Positions 20,473 to 30,274 of a DNA stretch of 64,000 bases are shown here, piece after piece (positions within the stretch are counted from its first letter, which is position 1; every line of letters begins with the position of its first letter). The stretch is taken from assembly GCA_041499035.1 (NCBI GenBank), contig JBGQJK010000001.1, positions 12,314 to 76,313 on the forward strand. The letters run 5' to 3'. The notes beneath the pieces were generated by a model, which did not search any database, was not told the DNA's origin, and was given only the letters and a program-made list of their open reading frames with translations. This DNA comes from Patescibacteria group bacterium (GTDB lineage: Bacteria > Patescibacteriota > Microgenomatia > UBA8517). Both the position numbers and the translations under genes were made by a program.

Positions 20473-22251
20473 ATGGAAAAAAGTAAATATATATTTTTCG
20501 TATTTCTTATAACCGTTTTAGTAAGCCTTGCGTTTCCCCAATTTATCCGTGCCTCAGATCTCACAATTGATTTTTCCCAAGTAACTGGCCCAGCCGAGCG
20601 CCATGCCACGGGGTTTGAATGGATTTTTCCGATGAATGTAACGGCCATAGGACCTTATGTAAGTCAATTAAAGCCAAACATTGTCAAGGACCCGTGGGGG
20701 AATGAGCAAACTGCGAGAGATCTTGGCGCACATAAAATTCAATGGCTGGTAGGAAATGCGGTGGTTACTAAAAATGGACCGGGTACGCATTGGTATCCGT
20801 GGCAGGACTATGCTGTCTGGCAGGCGTGGGTGGCAGGTCGAATAAACAGTTTAACTCAAAACGGCCAACCTCATGAGTGGGTTATTTGGCAAGAGGCCAA
20901 CTACGGTAATCCTGATGTTTGGTCAGGCACACAGGACCAATTTTTTAATACATGGAAAATTGCCGTTCAAACTATCCGTAGCATACGCCCCACTGATCCA
21001 ATAGTAGGCCCAAGCCCGGTACCGTTTGATGCAACATATCTTGAGGCGTTCTTACTCTATGCCAAAGCCAATAATGTTTTGCCGGACGTTCTTTCCTGGC
21101 ACGAACTTACTGATATTGGAGGTACTGTTCCTGCTTTTAATATATATTCATACACCCCAGACCAAATACCCTCGCATGTTAATACAATGAAGCAATTTAT
21201 GCAGGCGAATGGTATAACTTTGGTTAACAGATTTGATATTACGGAATACCAGGGTTTTTCCGACAATTACCGCCCGGGCCCGACGGTTGCGTTTATTGCA
21301 GACCTCGAACGCGTTGGGGCAGAAGGCACAAAAGGGAATTGGGCGGATGCAAATCAACTCGAAGGGCTAGTTACAGATCCGAGTACACCACAACCCCGCT
21401 CAATCTGGTGGGTTTACAAAAAATATGCAGATATGACGGGGAACTTGGTGACGACAACATTATCCAGCGCTATTAACGGATTTGGGTCGTATGACGTCGG
21501 AATGGGAAAGGCGATGGTCCTTGCAGGAAATCAGGGTGGGAGTGGTGCACGTACAATCCAATTAAATAATATTCCTTCTGCTATTGTAAGCGGCGGTAGT
21601 GTAGCCCTTACCCTGGAGCAAATTCCAGATACGGAAAAGGCTGCACTTACCAGCCCAACTATAATAAGCCAGTCAAATATTCCTGTTAGCGGCAACTCAG
21701 TTACGGTTTCGATACCTTCATTTGGTACATGGGATGCCTACGTGATAACTCTTAAAAAACCACTTCCTAATCCAATTAAATCTGCTGTGATATCTGCCAC
21801 TACAGTCACTGCTAGATTCGATACAGTTAATGCCTCTGCGGGTGATTGGCTTGGGGTTTATAAAACCGGAGCTTCCAATACGAGTTTCCTTTCTTGGAAA
21901 TGGATTGACAATACCACTGGGCCCAAACCCACAACAGCCATTACAAACGGAACAGTAGTACTAACGGTTCCAAATTCTACGGAAACTTATGAGGTTAGAT
22001 ATTTTACTAATGGATATCAACTGCTCGGATCGGCAAAGGTAACCACCGGTACCGGTCCTAGTCCCACACCAATTTCGATTAAACCTGGGGATCTTAATGA
22101 TGACGGTAAAGTTGACATTTTCGATTACAACATTCTGGTTGGAGATTATGGAAAAATAGGCTCTGCAGGATTTGTTCCCTCTGACATTGACAAAAACGGG
22201 AAGGTGGATATTTTTGACTACAATTTGCTAGTTGCGAATTATGGTAAATAA
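20473..22251 (+). CDS. Secreted GH39/GH-A-like glycoside hydrolase with Ig-like domain and dockerin (class B)
   Basis: Signal peptide; WQEAN acid/base, IVGPS, PDVLSWH, ITEY nucleophile; GDLNDDGKVDIFDYN duplicated. Confidence 0.8.
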   Translation: MEKSKYIFFVFLITVLVSLAFPQFIRASDLTIDFSQVTGPAERHATGFEWIFPMNVTAIGPYVSQLKPNIVKDPWGNEQTARDLGAHKIQWLVGNAVVTKNGPGTHWYPWQDYAVWQAWVAGRINSLTQNGQPHEWVIWQEANYGNPDVWSGTQDQFFNTWKIAVQTIRSIRPTDPIVGPSPVPFDATYLEAFLLYAKANNVLPDVLSWHELTDIGGTVPAFNIYSYTPDQIPSHVNTMKQFMQANGITLVNRFDITEYQGFSDNYRPGPTVAFIADLERVGAEGTKGNWADANQLEGLVTDPSTPQPRSIWWVYKKYADMTGNLVTTTLSSAINGFGSYDVGMGKAMVLAGNQGGSGARTIQLNNIPSAIVSGGSVALTLEQIPDTEKAALTSPTIISQSNIPVSGNSVTVSIPSFGTWDAYVITLKKPLPNPIKSAVISATTVTARFDTVNASAGDWLGVYKTGASNTSFLSWKWIDNTTGPKPTTAITNGTVVLTVPNSTETYEVRYFTNGYQLLGSAKVTTGTGPSPTPISIKPGDLNDDGKVDIFDYNILVGDYGKIGSAGFVPSDIDKNGKVDIFDYNLLVANYGK

Positions 22252-22280
22252 GCGGAGCTTGAAACTTATGAAGTTATAAA

Positions 22281-24071
22281 ATGAAAAAAAGTAAATATAT
22301 TTTTACATTTCTTCTGACATTTGCTGTGGCTTTAGTTTTTCCATACTCGGCTCATGCCTCTGACCTCACAATTGATTTTTCCCAGACGATTGGTCCAGCT
22401 CAGCGTCGTGCCACAGGATTTGAATGGCTTTACTTTCCAAATATGAATGCCATGCGCCCGTTCATAACTCAGCTGAAACCAAATATTATTAAAGATCCCC
22501 GTACTGAAGGTTTGGGCTTAAGTCCCGATAACTTTGGCACCGCACGATTTCAGGATATAATTGGACTGGAATATGCTCTCTTTAATTCTTCGTTCGATGG
22601 CGTATGGCCCTACAAGGACTATACAAAATGGCAAACGTTCGTTCAGAATAAAGTAACTACCTTAACCGCAAACGGTACAAAGTATGACTGGGCTATTTGG
22701 CAGGAACCCGACCAAGAGCTAGGAATGCCTGGCGATTACATTGACAAGGCGGTTTGGTCAGGTACCAGAGACCAGTTCTTTGAAACTTGGAAAGTCGCCG
22801 TTCAAGCAGTCCGTCAGCTTCGCCCAAACGATAAGATCGTAGGACCAAGCCTTAAAAGATTCCGTCCGGATTATCTGCAAAGCTTCCTATTGTATGCTAA
22901 AGGTAATAATGTTCTTCCAGACATTCTCTCGTGGAACCAAGTTGGAACCTATATAGGGGAAAATGGACAAACACCTAATGATATTCCCCCTCAGGTGGCA
23001 ACGATACGTCAATTTATGCAAAGTAATGGCATTCCAAATATTCCGATAGAAATAACTGAATACGGCATGTTTAAAAGTGAATATCAACCGGGCTATGCAG
23101 TGGCTTATATTACGAATATTGAACAGTCGCAAATAGAAGGGTCGATTGGTCAATGGGGATGGAGTGGAGTTGGAGGTGTGGTTGGAGGTGAGGGCGGAGA
23201 TTTTCCCAGATTATCCGGTCTGATTACAGATCCGAATGCCCCCCAACCACGTTCGGTCTGGTGGGTTTACAAAAGCTATGCGGATATGACAGGTAATATT
23301 GTTAAAACTACCGCGGCAACAGTCATTAACGGACTTGGAAGTTACGATACAGCCACCAATACTGCCAAAGTGCTTATTGGGAATCAAGCAGGAGTGATAG
23401 GTTCTAAGACAATAACCCTTAAAGGTCTTCCACAGGCCCTGCAAGGAAATGGCAATGTTTTGGCTAAAATTGAACACATTCCAAATACTGAAAGTAATCC
23501 TTTATATGTACCTAACGGAGTCTCAGTAATTCTCTTACCCTTTAGCAATGGTAATGTTGCGGTTACCGTACCTAACGTCGGCACACTCGACGCCGCAGTA
23601 ATTACGATTACCAAGCCGCCAACTATAAGTGCGAATGTTTCGTCAAATCAAATAAATGTCAGTTTTAATAATTCAATCGCACTGACAAATGATTGGATTG
23701 GCATTTTTAAACCGGGGGATGCAGTCAATGCTTATTTGGATTGGAAATGGTTGAATAATGCCCAAGGCGCAGCCCCTTCGAGTCCCGTTACCAACGGTTC
23801 TGTTACTTTAACTTTGCCAGCTGCGGGTAATTATGAAGTACGTTATATAAATGCAGGGTCAGTTTTAGCAACAACAAATGTATCTGTTGGTTCAACTGCT
23901 AAGATTGGCGATCTTAATGGTGACGGCAAGGTAGATTTTTATGATTACAACATTTTTGTTCCGGACTATGGTAAAACCGGTGCTCCCGGTTTTGTTGTTT
24001 CCGATATAGATAAGAATGGCAAGGTAGACATTTTTGATTACAACATTTTGGTCGGTAATTACGGGAAATAG
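22281..24071 (+). CDS. Secreted GH39/GH-A-like glycoside hydrolase with dockerin (class B), paralog of the previous gene
   Basis: ASDLTIDFSQ, WQEPD, IVGPS, PDILSWN, ITEY; same dockerin. Confidence 0.8.
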   Translation: MKKSKYIFTFLLTFAVALVFPYSAHASDLTIDFSQTIGPAQRRATGFEWLYFPNMNAMRPFITQLKPNIIKDPRTEGLGLSPDNFGTARFQDIIGLEYALFNSSFDGVWPYKDYTKWQTFVQNKVTTLTANGTKYDWAIWQEPDQELGMPGDYIDKAVWSGTRDQFFETWKVAVQAVRQLRPNDKIVGPSLKRFRPDYLQSFLLYAKGNNVLPDILSWNQVGTYIGENGQTPNDIPPQVATIRQFMQSNGIPNIPIEITEYGMFKSEYQPGYAVAYITNIEQSQIEGSIGQWGWSGVGGVVGGEGGDFPRLSGLITDPNAPQPRSVWWVYKSYADMTGNIVKTTAATVINGLGSYDTATNTAKVLIGNQAGVIGSKTITLKGLPQALQGNGNVLAKIEHIPNTESNPLYVPNGVSVILLPFSNGNVAVTVPNVGTLDAAVITITKPPTISANVSSNQINVSFNNSIALTNDWIGIFKPGDAVNAYLDWKWLNNAQGAAPSSPVTNGSVTLTLPAAGNYEVRYINAGSVLATTNVSVGSTAKIGDLNGDGKVDFYDYNIFVPDYGKTGAPGFVVSDIDKNGKVDIFDYNILVGNYGK

Positions 24072-24073
24072 TT

Positions 24074-25345
24074 ATGAAAAAGAGTAAATATATTTTTATA
24101 GGATTTGTTTTAATTGCTTTTGCAGAATTCGTCTTTCCGTCATCAGCTCGTGCAGTTTCAATTCAATCTCAAGTCGACGCCGCGCCAGCCGGTTCCACAA
24201 TTCTCATTCAACCGGGCACTTATAACGAAGTTGTAACAATTAATAAAGCTATCATTTTAAAATGTGCTACCCAGAAGACCTGCGTCACGCATAGCTTTAT
24301 CATTAACGGCAGCGGGGTAACTGTAGACGGGTTTTACAGTTTAGGCTCGAGTAACTATGAGGGTGCAATGATTGTAAATGGAAATTCCAACACTGTCTCC
24401 AACAATGTTATCGAAAGTGCCTGTATGGCGGGAATTGTAATCAAAGGGAGTAGTAACCTGGCCCTGAACAATGAAATCTTAAAATCCCGGCAATGCCCGG
24501 GGAGCGGATCTGACGCTGACGGAATACGGATTTTTGCCGACGGAAACGTTGCCCGGGGAAATTATATTCATAATATTTCTTCACTTCAAAACCCGACCGC
24601 CCACATTGACTGTTTCCAGTCATGGGGAACACTTACTAATGCAACTATTGAAAATAATTATTGTTACAATTTGGAATCAGGTACAACCGGAGCCGGTACT
24701 ACAGGAGTTCAAACTGATGTTGGCAACGTTCACAATATCACAATCCGCAATAATGTCTTCCGTGTTGCCCACGGCCTTAACATGAGGGGAGATGGTATCT
24801 CTGCTACGAATAACGTTTTTGTTGGGGATTATTACAACACATCTTATGTGTTTTTGGATGTAATTACAGGTGCAATCTTCAAAAATAACATTATTTATAA
24901 TACTACCAACGGAATAATAGTCGGCTCAGCCTATAAAACAGGAATTACCGGCGGATATAATATTATTTACAATGCCAACGGCGCCGCTCCGAGTCGGGAT
25001 AGCGCCTATTTTTCCTCAACCGATAAATGGCAAACCATGAATCCGGCATTTGTTAATGCGAATTCAGGAGATTTTCATTTGCAATCAGGTTCACCCGCTT
25101 GTTCCGCCGGGGAAAACGGAACCTATGCCGGCGCATATTCTTGCGGAAGCGGTACGAGCCCGGTACTTTCCGCCAAACCCGGTGATCTTAATAATGACGC
25201 AAAGGTGGATATTTTTGATTACAATCTACTGGTTGGGGATTATGGAAAAACCGGTTCAGCCGGCTTTGTTCCTTCCGATATCGATAAAAACGGTAAGGTG
25301 GATATCTTCGATTACAACATTCTGGTGGGGAATTATGGGAAATAA
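24074..25345 (+). CDS. Secreted right-handed beta-helix (pectin lyase-like) protein with dockerin (class B)
   Basis: SIQSQVDAAPAGSTILIQPGTY, DADGI, HIDCFQ, NPAFV..DFHLQSGSPA. Confidence 0.82.
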   Translation: MKKSKYIFIGFVLIAFAEFVFPSSARAVSIQSQVDAAPAGSTILIQPGTYNEVVTINKAIILKCATQKTCVTHSFIINGSGVTVDGFYSLGSSNYEGAMIVNGNSNTVSNNVIESACMAGIVIKGSSNLALNNEILKSRQCPGSGSDADGIRIFADGNVARGNYIHNISSLQNPTAHIDCFQSWGTLTNATIENNYCYNLESGTTGAGTTGVQTDVGNVHNITIRNNVFRVAHGLNMRGDGISATNNVFVGDYYNTSYVFLDVITGAIFKNNIIYNTTNGIIVGSAYKTGITGGYNIIYNANGAAPSRDSAYFSSTDKWQTMNPAFVNANSGDFHLQSGSPACSAGENGTYAGAYSCGSGTSPVLSAKPGDLNNDAKVDIFDYNLLVGDYGKTGSAGFVPSDIDKNGKVDIFDYNILVGNYGK

Positions 25346-25347
25346 TT

Positions 25348-27435
25348 ATGGAAAAGAATAAATACATTTTTATATTTCTTTTAGTTTTTTTAATGTCCGT
25401 TACTTTTCCCAAAAGTGCCCGCGCCGCACTTCAACCATTTGATATAACCACTCTTGATACCGGAGTTACGTATTACGCTTCTTTCGGCAGCTACAACCAA
25501 AAAATTGTCCAAAACCAGTATGGAATCTTTCTTACTTATAAAATAACGGACGACGCCAATGATAATGGCGTATGGCGACTCCTTAGAAGCATCGACGGCG
25601 GCAAGACTTTTAATAAAATTTATGAAGCCAACTATAATACAAAACCCCCGGTAGTTGAAACAGACGGCAGCGGCGTAATCTATTTGGCAACCGGAGGAAC
25701 GAATGTTTCGCTTTACAGATTTTTACCCCAGAATAATTTTGCAAACCCGGTAATTACTTCTATTCCAAATTCAGGTTCCGGAAAGATGTCAATGATTATT
25801 GATGAGAGACGGGGCCAGCTTTATTTTTTCTCCCACTACGCTTACTTTTCCATTATCGGACTTGACGGAACTATCAGGAAAAGTTATCAGCTGGGCTCGC
25901 CCTTTTGCGGCCCCAACGCCTGTTACCAATACCCCCTTTTAACTATGGACGAAAATGGCAACTTGATTGCCGCCTGGACAACTATAAAAAATGGTGCTTA
26001 TTTATACTGGGACATTCATTTTATTATTTCTAAAGACGGGGGAAACTCGTGGCAGAAGTTGGACGGGACGCATTTGAATTTGCCGCTTGTACCTGATAAC
26101 ACGGGGTCAACAGACCGCGTTACACTTGATGATGAATTTAATGTTCATACCTGGTTATCATCGGTTCTGGCCAAAAATGGCAAGATTTATTTTCCTTATC
26201 TGGCTCAATTCACTCCTTACAGACAGCATTTTGCCCGCTATGACCTCTCAACCGCAAAAAAGGATTTGGATGTAAATCCAGTTTGGAAGGGAGAAACACT
26301 ACAGATCGACACACTCCATGGGTTTTGTGCTACAAAACTTCAGCAGTCAACTTTTCCGATTTATTGCATAGGGAATGTGGGAGGAACCAAGATCGGAGTA
26401 ATTGTAAGTTCTGATCAGGGAGCAACCTGGCACGATTATGCCGAAAGCGTTTTTCCGGAAGATTCCATTCCATGGTCCATCGCCGGAGCTCGGGAAATTA
26501 CCCCCGACGGCTATATGATCGGAACCTATACCAGTGAAAAAAGTACGGATTTGAATAATTCACAAGTGCGTTTTTTCCGGGTGAAAGTTGGCAATTCGGT
26601 AGAACCAAGTCCTCCTGCCTTTTATTGGCCGATGGATGAAACAACTGGAAATATAGTTAATGAGGTATCCAGCATTTATAATGGCACCACAACTGCGGGA
26701 GTAGTAGACGGGAAAATCGGTAAGGCCAGAAATTTCATTTCCACGGCCTGGACCAATAGCACCAGGTTGCAGTTTCCTCTTTTTGACGGGAATATTAACA
26801 CCAAATCTGGATTTTCCGTTGAAGCCTGGATAAAAAAGAATAGCAGTAGTGCCCTTTATGAACACCGTGTTATCGGCAACAGGTACAACTGGAATGACGC
26901 AAACGGCTGGTACCTTACATTCCCGACAAATGAAAATATTGCCTTTTCCGTTCAATCGATGAGTAACCCTTCGGCAAATTTATATTCGACTCAGCCCATC
27001 GCACCCGGTACTTGGTACCACGTAGTTGGAGTTTATGATAATGGAACAATAAAGTTATACATTAACGGTGTTTTGGACGGAACCTTAGCCGGAGTAAGCT
27101 ACACCCCATCTTATCGTGAGTTGACAATCGGGGGGCAGCCCGACACAACTAATTATGGTTTTGACGGCATTATTGATGAAGTTCATTTTTATCCGTTTGC
27201 TCTCTCAGCAGATATAGTCAAGCAGCATTACCTTGGTTCCGGTTCAGTCCCAACACCCATTCCTAAACCTGGAGACCTGAATAACGACGGCAAGGTGGAT
27301 TTTTACGATTACAATATTTTTGTTGGGGATTACGGCAAAACAGGAGTCGCCAGTTTTGTTCCCTCCGATATCGACAAAAACGGCAAGGTGGATTTTTACG
27401 ATTACAATATATTAGTAGGGAATTACGGAAAATAA
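25348..27435 (+). CDS. Secreted BNR/Asp-box beta-propeller + LamG domain protein with dockerin (class B)
   Basis: SIDGGKTF, SKDGGNSW, SSDQGATW; FSVEAWIK..WYHVVGVYD..LYINGV..FDGIIDEV. Confidence 0.85.
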   Translation: MEKNKYIFIFLLVFLMSVTFPKSARAALQPFDITTLDTGVTYYASFGSYNQKIVQNQYGIFLTYKITDDANDNGVWRLLRSIDGGKTFNKIYEANYNTKPPVVETDGSGVIYLATGGTNVSLYRFLPQNNFANPVITSIPNSGSGKMSMIIDERRGQLYFFSHYAYFSIIGLDGTIRKSYQLGSPFCGPNACYQYPLLTMDENGNLIAAWTTIKNGAYLYWDIHFIISKDGGNSWQKLDGTHLNLPLVPDNTGSTDRVTLDDEFNVHTWLSSVLAKNGKIYFPYLAQFTPYRQHFARYDLSTAKKDLDVNPVWKGETLQIDTLHGFCATKLQQSTFPIYCIGNVGGTKIGVIVSSDQGATWHDYAESVFPEDSIPWSIAGAREITPDGYMIGTYTSEKSTDLNNSQVRFFRVKVGNSVEPSPPAFYWPMDETTGNIVNEVSSIYNGTTTAGVVDGKIGKARNFISTAWTNSTRLQFPLFDGNINTKSGFSVEAWIKKNSSSALYEHRVIGNRYNWNDANGWYLTFPTNENIAFSVQSMSNPSANLYSTQPIAPGTWYHVVGVYDNGTIKLYINGVLDGTLAGVSYTPSYRELTIGGQPDTTNYGFDGIIDEVHFYPFALSADIVKQHYLGSGSVPTPIPKPGDLNNDGKVDFYDYNIFVGDYGKTGVASFVPSDIDKNGKVDFYDYNILVGNYGK

Positions 27436-27455
27436 GCGGAGCTTGTTAGAATATC

Positions 27456-28691
27456 ATGAAAAAAATATTATTCTGTTTCATAGTTTTCTTTATAGGTATC
27501 TCATCGATAGCTGTCACACCTGTCTATGCCGCTTTAGGGGATGCTACTATTACACATAATGGTGCTACTGTAACCACCCAAGCTTCTTTTGCCGGTGGTA
27601 TTACGTCGCTCAAATACCAAAATTTTGAATACATCTTTCAGCAAATATATCAAGGCGCTTTCATTCAGTATGCCTGGCAAAACGGCAACCACGGAGAGTG
27701 TTTTAATCCTACAGAACAGGGCGCTAAATGTGATTCTGAGGGGAAAACCACTTCTATACTCCAAAATTTTAGCTCTACAAGTACCAGCATTACCAAAACG
27801 GTTTTACCATCCTACTGGCTTAGCCCGGAAGCAACAAATACTTATTGCCATACAAGCCAATACTGTAATATTGATCAGGAAAACCACGCAGGAACAGCGG
27901 TTAATACGACGGCAGTTAGTAATAGCAGCTTGCAGACAACATTTACTCTTGATCCCGAAAATCTTCCCCACGCGCTCGGCCTAACAGGAACGATTACGTT
28001 TGGATCCACAGATACAGATCCGGGTTTGCCTTTTGTTATGCTTGCGCCGTCGCACTTTTTTTCCACCGCATTTACCAAATCCTACCGCTATAATTATGGA
28101 AACGGTGCACTTCTTCCCCCAACAGTGGGCAATTACTGGAACACGACATTACCCCCGGTGCTGGCAACAACAGATGACGCTCACGCAGTCAGCGTCTATT
28201 CAGCCGGCGTTCCGCGAATGATTCCCCTCTCCCTCCCCCAAACGACACCCAACAACATTACTGGTTATACGCTAAATCACCTCACTTCCCCCACGGACTT
28301 GTGGGAGTTGGACATCCGCCTTCCCTACGTGCCGCCGGGGAATACTACCGCAATTACTCCCGGCATGAAACTGTCCATACGTTCATATGTCGTTTTTGGT
28401 ACGCTTTCCGAAGTCACAGCACAACTCCACGCGTTATACCTGGCACATCCCCCGATTGCCGATAATTGCATGGGAATAGCCTGGAAGGGCAAATATGCAG
28501 CCACAGATTGTCCTGTCCCGCTTCCCGGAGATTTAAACGGTGACGGCAAGGTGGATATTTTTGATTACAATATTTTGGTTGGGGATTACGGAAAGACAGG
28601 TTCTGCCGGTTTCGTTCTTTCCGATATCGACAAAAACGGCAAAGTGGATATTTTTGACTACAACTTGCTTGTTGGAAATTATGGAAAATAG
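27456..28691 (+). CDS. Secreted protein of unknown function with dockerin (class B)
   Basis: Signal peptide; GGITSL, CFNPTEQG; C-terminal duplicated dockerin. Confidence 0.8.
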   Translation: MKKILFCFIVFFIGISSIAVTPVYAALGDATITHNGATVTTQASFAGGITSLKYQNFEYIFQQIYQGAFIQYAWQNGNHGECFNPTEQGAKCDSEGKTTSILQNFSSTSTSITKTVLPSYWLSPEATNTYCHTSQYCNIDQENHAGTAVNTTAVSNSSLQTTFTLDPENLPHALGLTGTITFGSTDTDPGLPFVMLAPSHFFSTAFTKSYRYNYGNGALLPPTVGNYWNTTLPPVLATTDDAHAVSVYSAGVPRMIPLSLPQTTPNNITGYTLNHLTSPTDLWELDIRLPYVPPGNTTAITPGMKLSIRSYVVFGTLSEVTAQLHALYLAHPPIADNCMGIAWKGKYAATDCPVPLPGDLNGDGKVDIFDYNILVGDYGKTGSAGFVLSDIDKNGKVDIFDYNLLVGNYGK

Positions 28692-28693
28692 AC

Positions 28694-30274
28694 ATGAAAA
28701 AGCGTAAATGTATTTTTTGGGCATTTTTTCTAACCTTATTCGCCAGTTTTGTTTTTCCTGTTTCAGCCCATGCGGCTATCTATTATCTTTCAACAAACGG
28801 AAATGACAACAGCCCCGGTAGTCAGGCCTCTCCCTGGCTCAGTCCAAACCACGCGGTTAGTTGCGGGGACACGATTTTAGCTGCTCCGGGACTTTCGTAT
28901 GCAGCGTCGAATTTTGCCGGCGGTAAATGGGGAAATGTAAACTGTCCTGCAGGGAATAATGTCGCCTGGCTTAAATGCGCGACGTTCGGTACCTGCAAAG
29001 TCATCGGGACGGGGTATGACGCAATACGCGTCAGCGCGAGTTACTGGGGAGTGCAGGGCTTTGAAGCTACTAATGCAACAGGGGCATGCTTCACGGCTAC
29101 GCCAACCGGTAGTTCGATGATTCATCATATTATTTTTGCAAACAATATAGCCAATGGTTGCCAAAATAACGGTTTTAGTTCCTACCCTTTTTATGCAGGA
29201 ACCGCGCCGCCCAGCGTTGATTATCTGGCAATTATAGGTAACCTTGCCTACAATGCAGCCGGTGGAAATAGTTATTGTTTTAGCGGTATTTCCGTCTATG
29301 AACCCAGGAATTTTGATACTGCTCCGGGCACGCACGTTTATATTGCCCAGAATATTTCCTGGTCGAACAATGATGGTCAATACTGTCCGGGTAATAGCGA
29401 TGGCGAGGGGATTATTTTAGACGACTGGAAAGGGGACCAGTCAGGTTATACTACAGGTTATTCCGGTCAGGGTGTTGTCGAAAACAACCTGGTTCTGGGT
29501 AACGGCAGTGCCGGAATCGAGCCGTTTCATAATTCGGTAGCCTCGATAATTATCCGGAATAATACGTCGTATGCCAATAACACAGATTTACATCATGCAG
29601 GAACGTATCTGGGAGAAATTCTGATCAGCCTCTCATCGTTCATAACTGTGAAATACAATATTGTCCATTCCATAGTGGCAACCTGCTGCGCATCTCATTA
29701 TCCGGTCTTTGCTCTCTATGTCGGATCGTCTGACAATACTAATATACTTGATTATAATTGGGTCTATAGTATTTCGGGAAACAATACGGGTATCAATGCT
29801 TCTCCTGGCTTTTCCTTTGGCAGTCATCAAACGTTTGGTATCAATCCGGGCTTTGTAAATCCTTTGGTTCCGGGAGCACCGAACTGCAGCGGCACCTCGA
29901 GCACACTAGATTGTATGAAGACAACGCTCGCAAATTTTGTGCCTTCCGCGTCAGGAATATCCGGATATGGTTATCAGCCGGTAACCGGTGCTTACTTATC
30001 GAATTCTTATTATCCCTCATGGCTCTGCAATGTAACAATTCCGAGTGGTATTATTTCCAATTATTGTTTGCCCACAGGTTCAGTTCCAACCCCTGTTCCA
30101 GTTATTCCAGGCGACCTTAATGGTGACGGCAAAGTGGACTTTTACGATTACAATCTTTTTGTAGGGGACTACGGGAAAACCGGCTCACCCGGCTTTGTTC
30201 CTTCCGATATCGACAAAAACGGCAAAGTTGATATTTTTGATTACAATTTACTTGTTGCAAATTATGGGAAGTGA
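28694..30274 (+). CDS. Secreted right-handed beta-helix protein with dockerin (class B)
   Basis: YYLSTNGNDNSPGSQASPW, SDGEGIILD, VENNL..N, IRNNT; dockerin. Confidence 0.82.
   Translation: MKKRKCIFWAFFLTLFASFVFPVSAHAAIYYLSTNGNDNSPGSQASPWLSPNHAVSCGDTILAAPGLSYAASNFAGGKWGNVNCPAGNNVAWLKCATFGTCKVIGTGYDAIRVSASYWGVQGFEATNATGACFTATPTGSSMIHHIIFANNIANGCQNNGFSSYPFYAGTAPPSVDYLAIIGNLAYNAAGGNSYCFSGISVYEPRNFDTAPGTHVYIAQNISWSNNDGQYCPGNSDGEGIILDDWKGDQSGYTTGYSGQGVVENNLVLGNGSAGIEPFHNSVASIIIRNNTSYANNTDLHHAGTYLGEILISLSSFITVKYNIVHSIVATCCASHYPVFALYVGSSDNTNILDYNWVYSISGNNTGINASPGFSFGSHQTFGINPGFVNPLVPGAPNCSGTSSTLDCMKTTLANFVPSASGISGYGYQPVTGAYLSNSYYPSWLCNVTIPSGIISNYCLPTGSVPTPVPVIPGDLNGDGKVDFYDYNLFVGDYGKTGSPGFVPSDIDKNGKVDIFDYNLLVANYGK

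Noticed and set aside
22087-30271. Repeated ~160-bp segments as a CRISPR array or DGR template/variable repeats
   Set aside because: They are coding dockerin domains kilobases apart; no cas or reverse transcriptase gene, and differences are not adenine-specific
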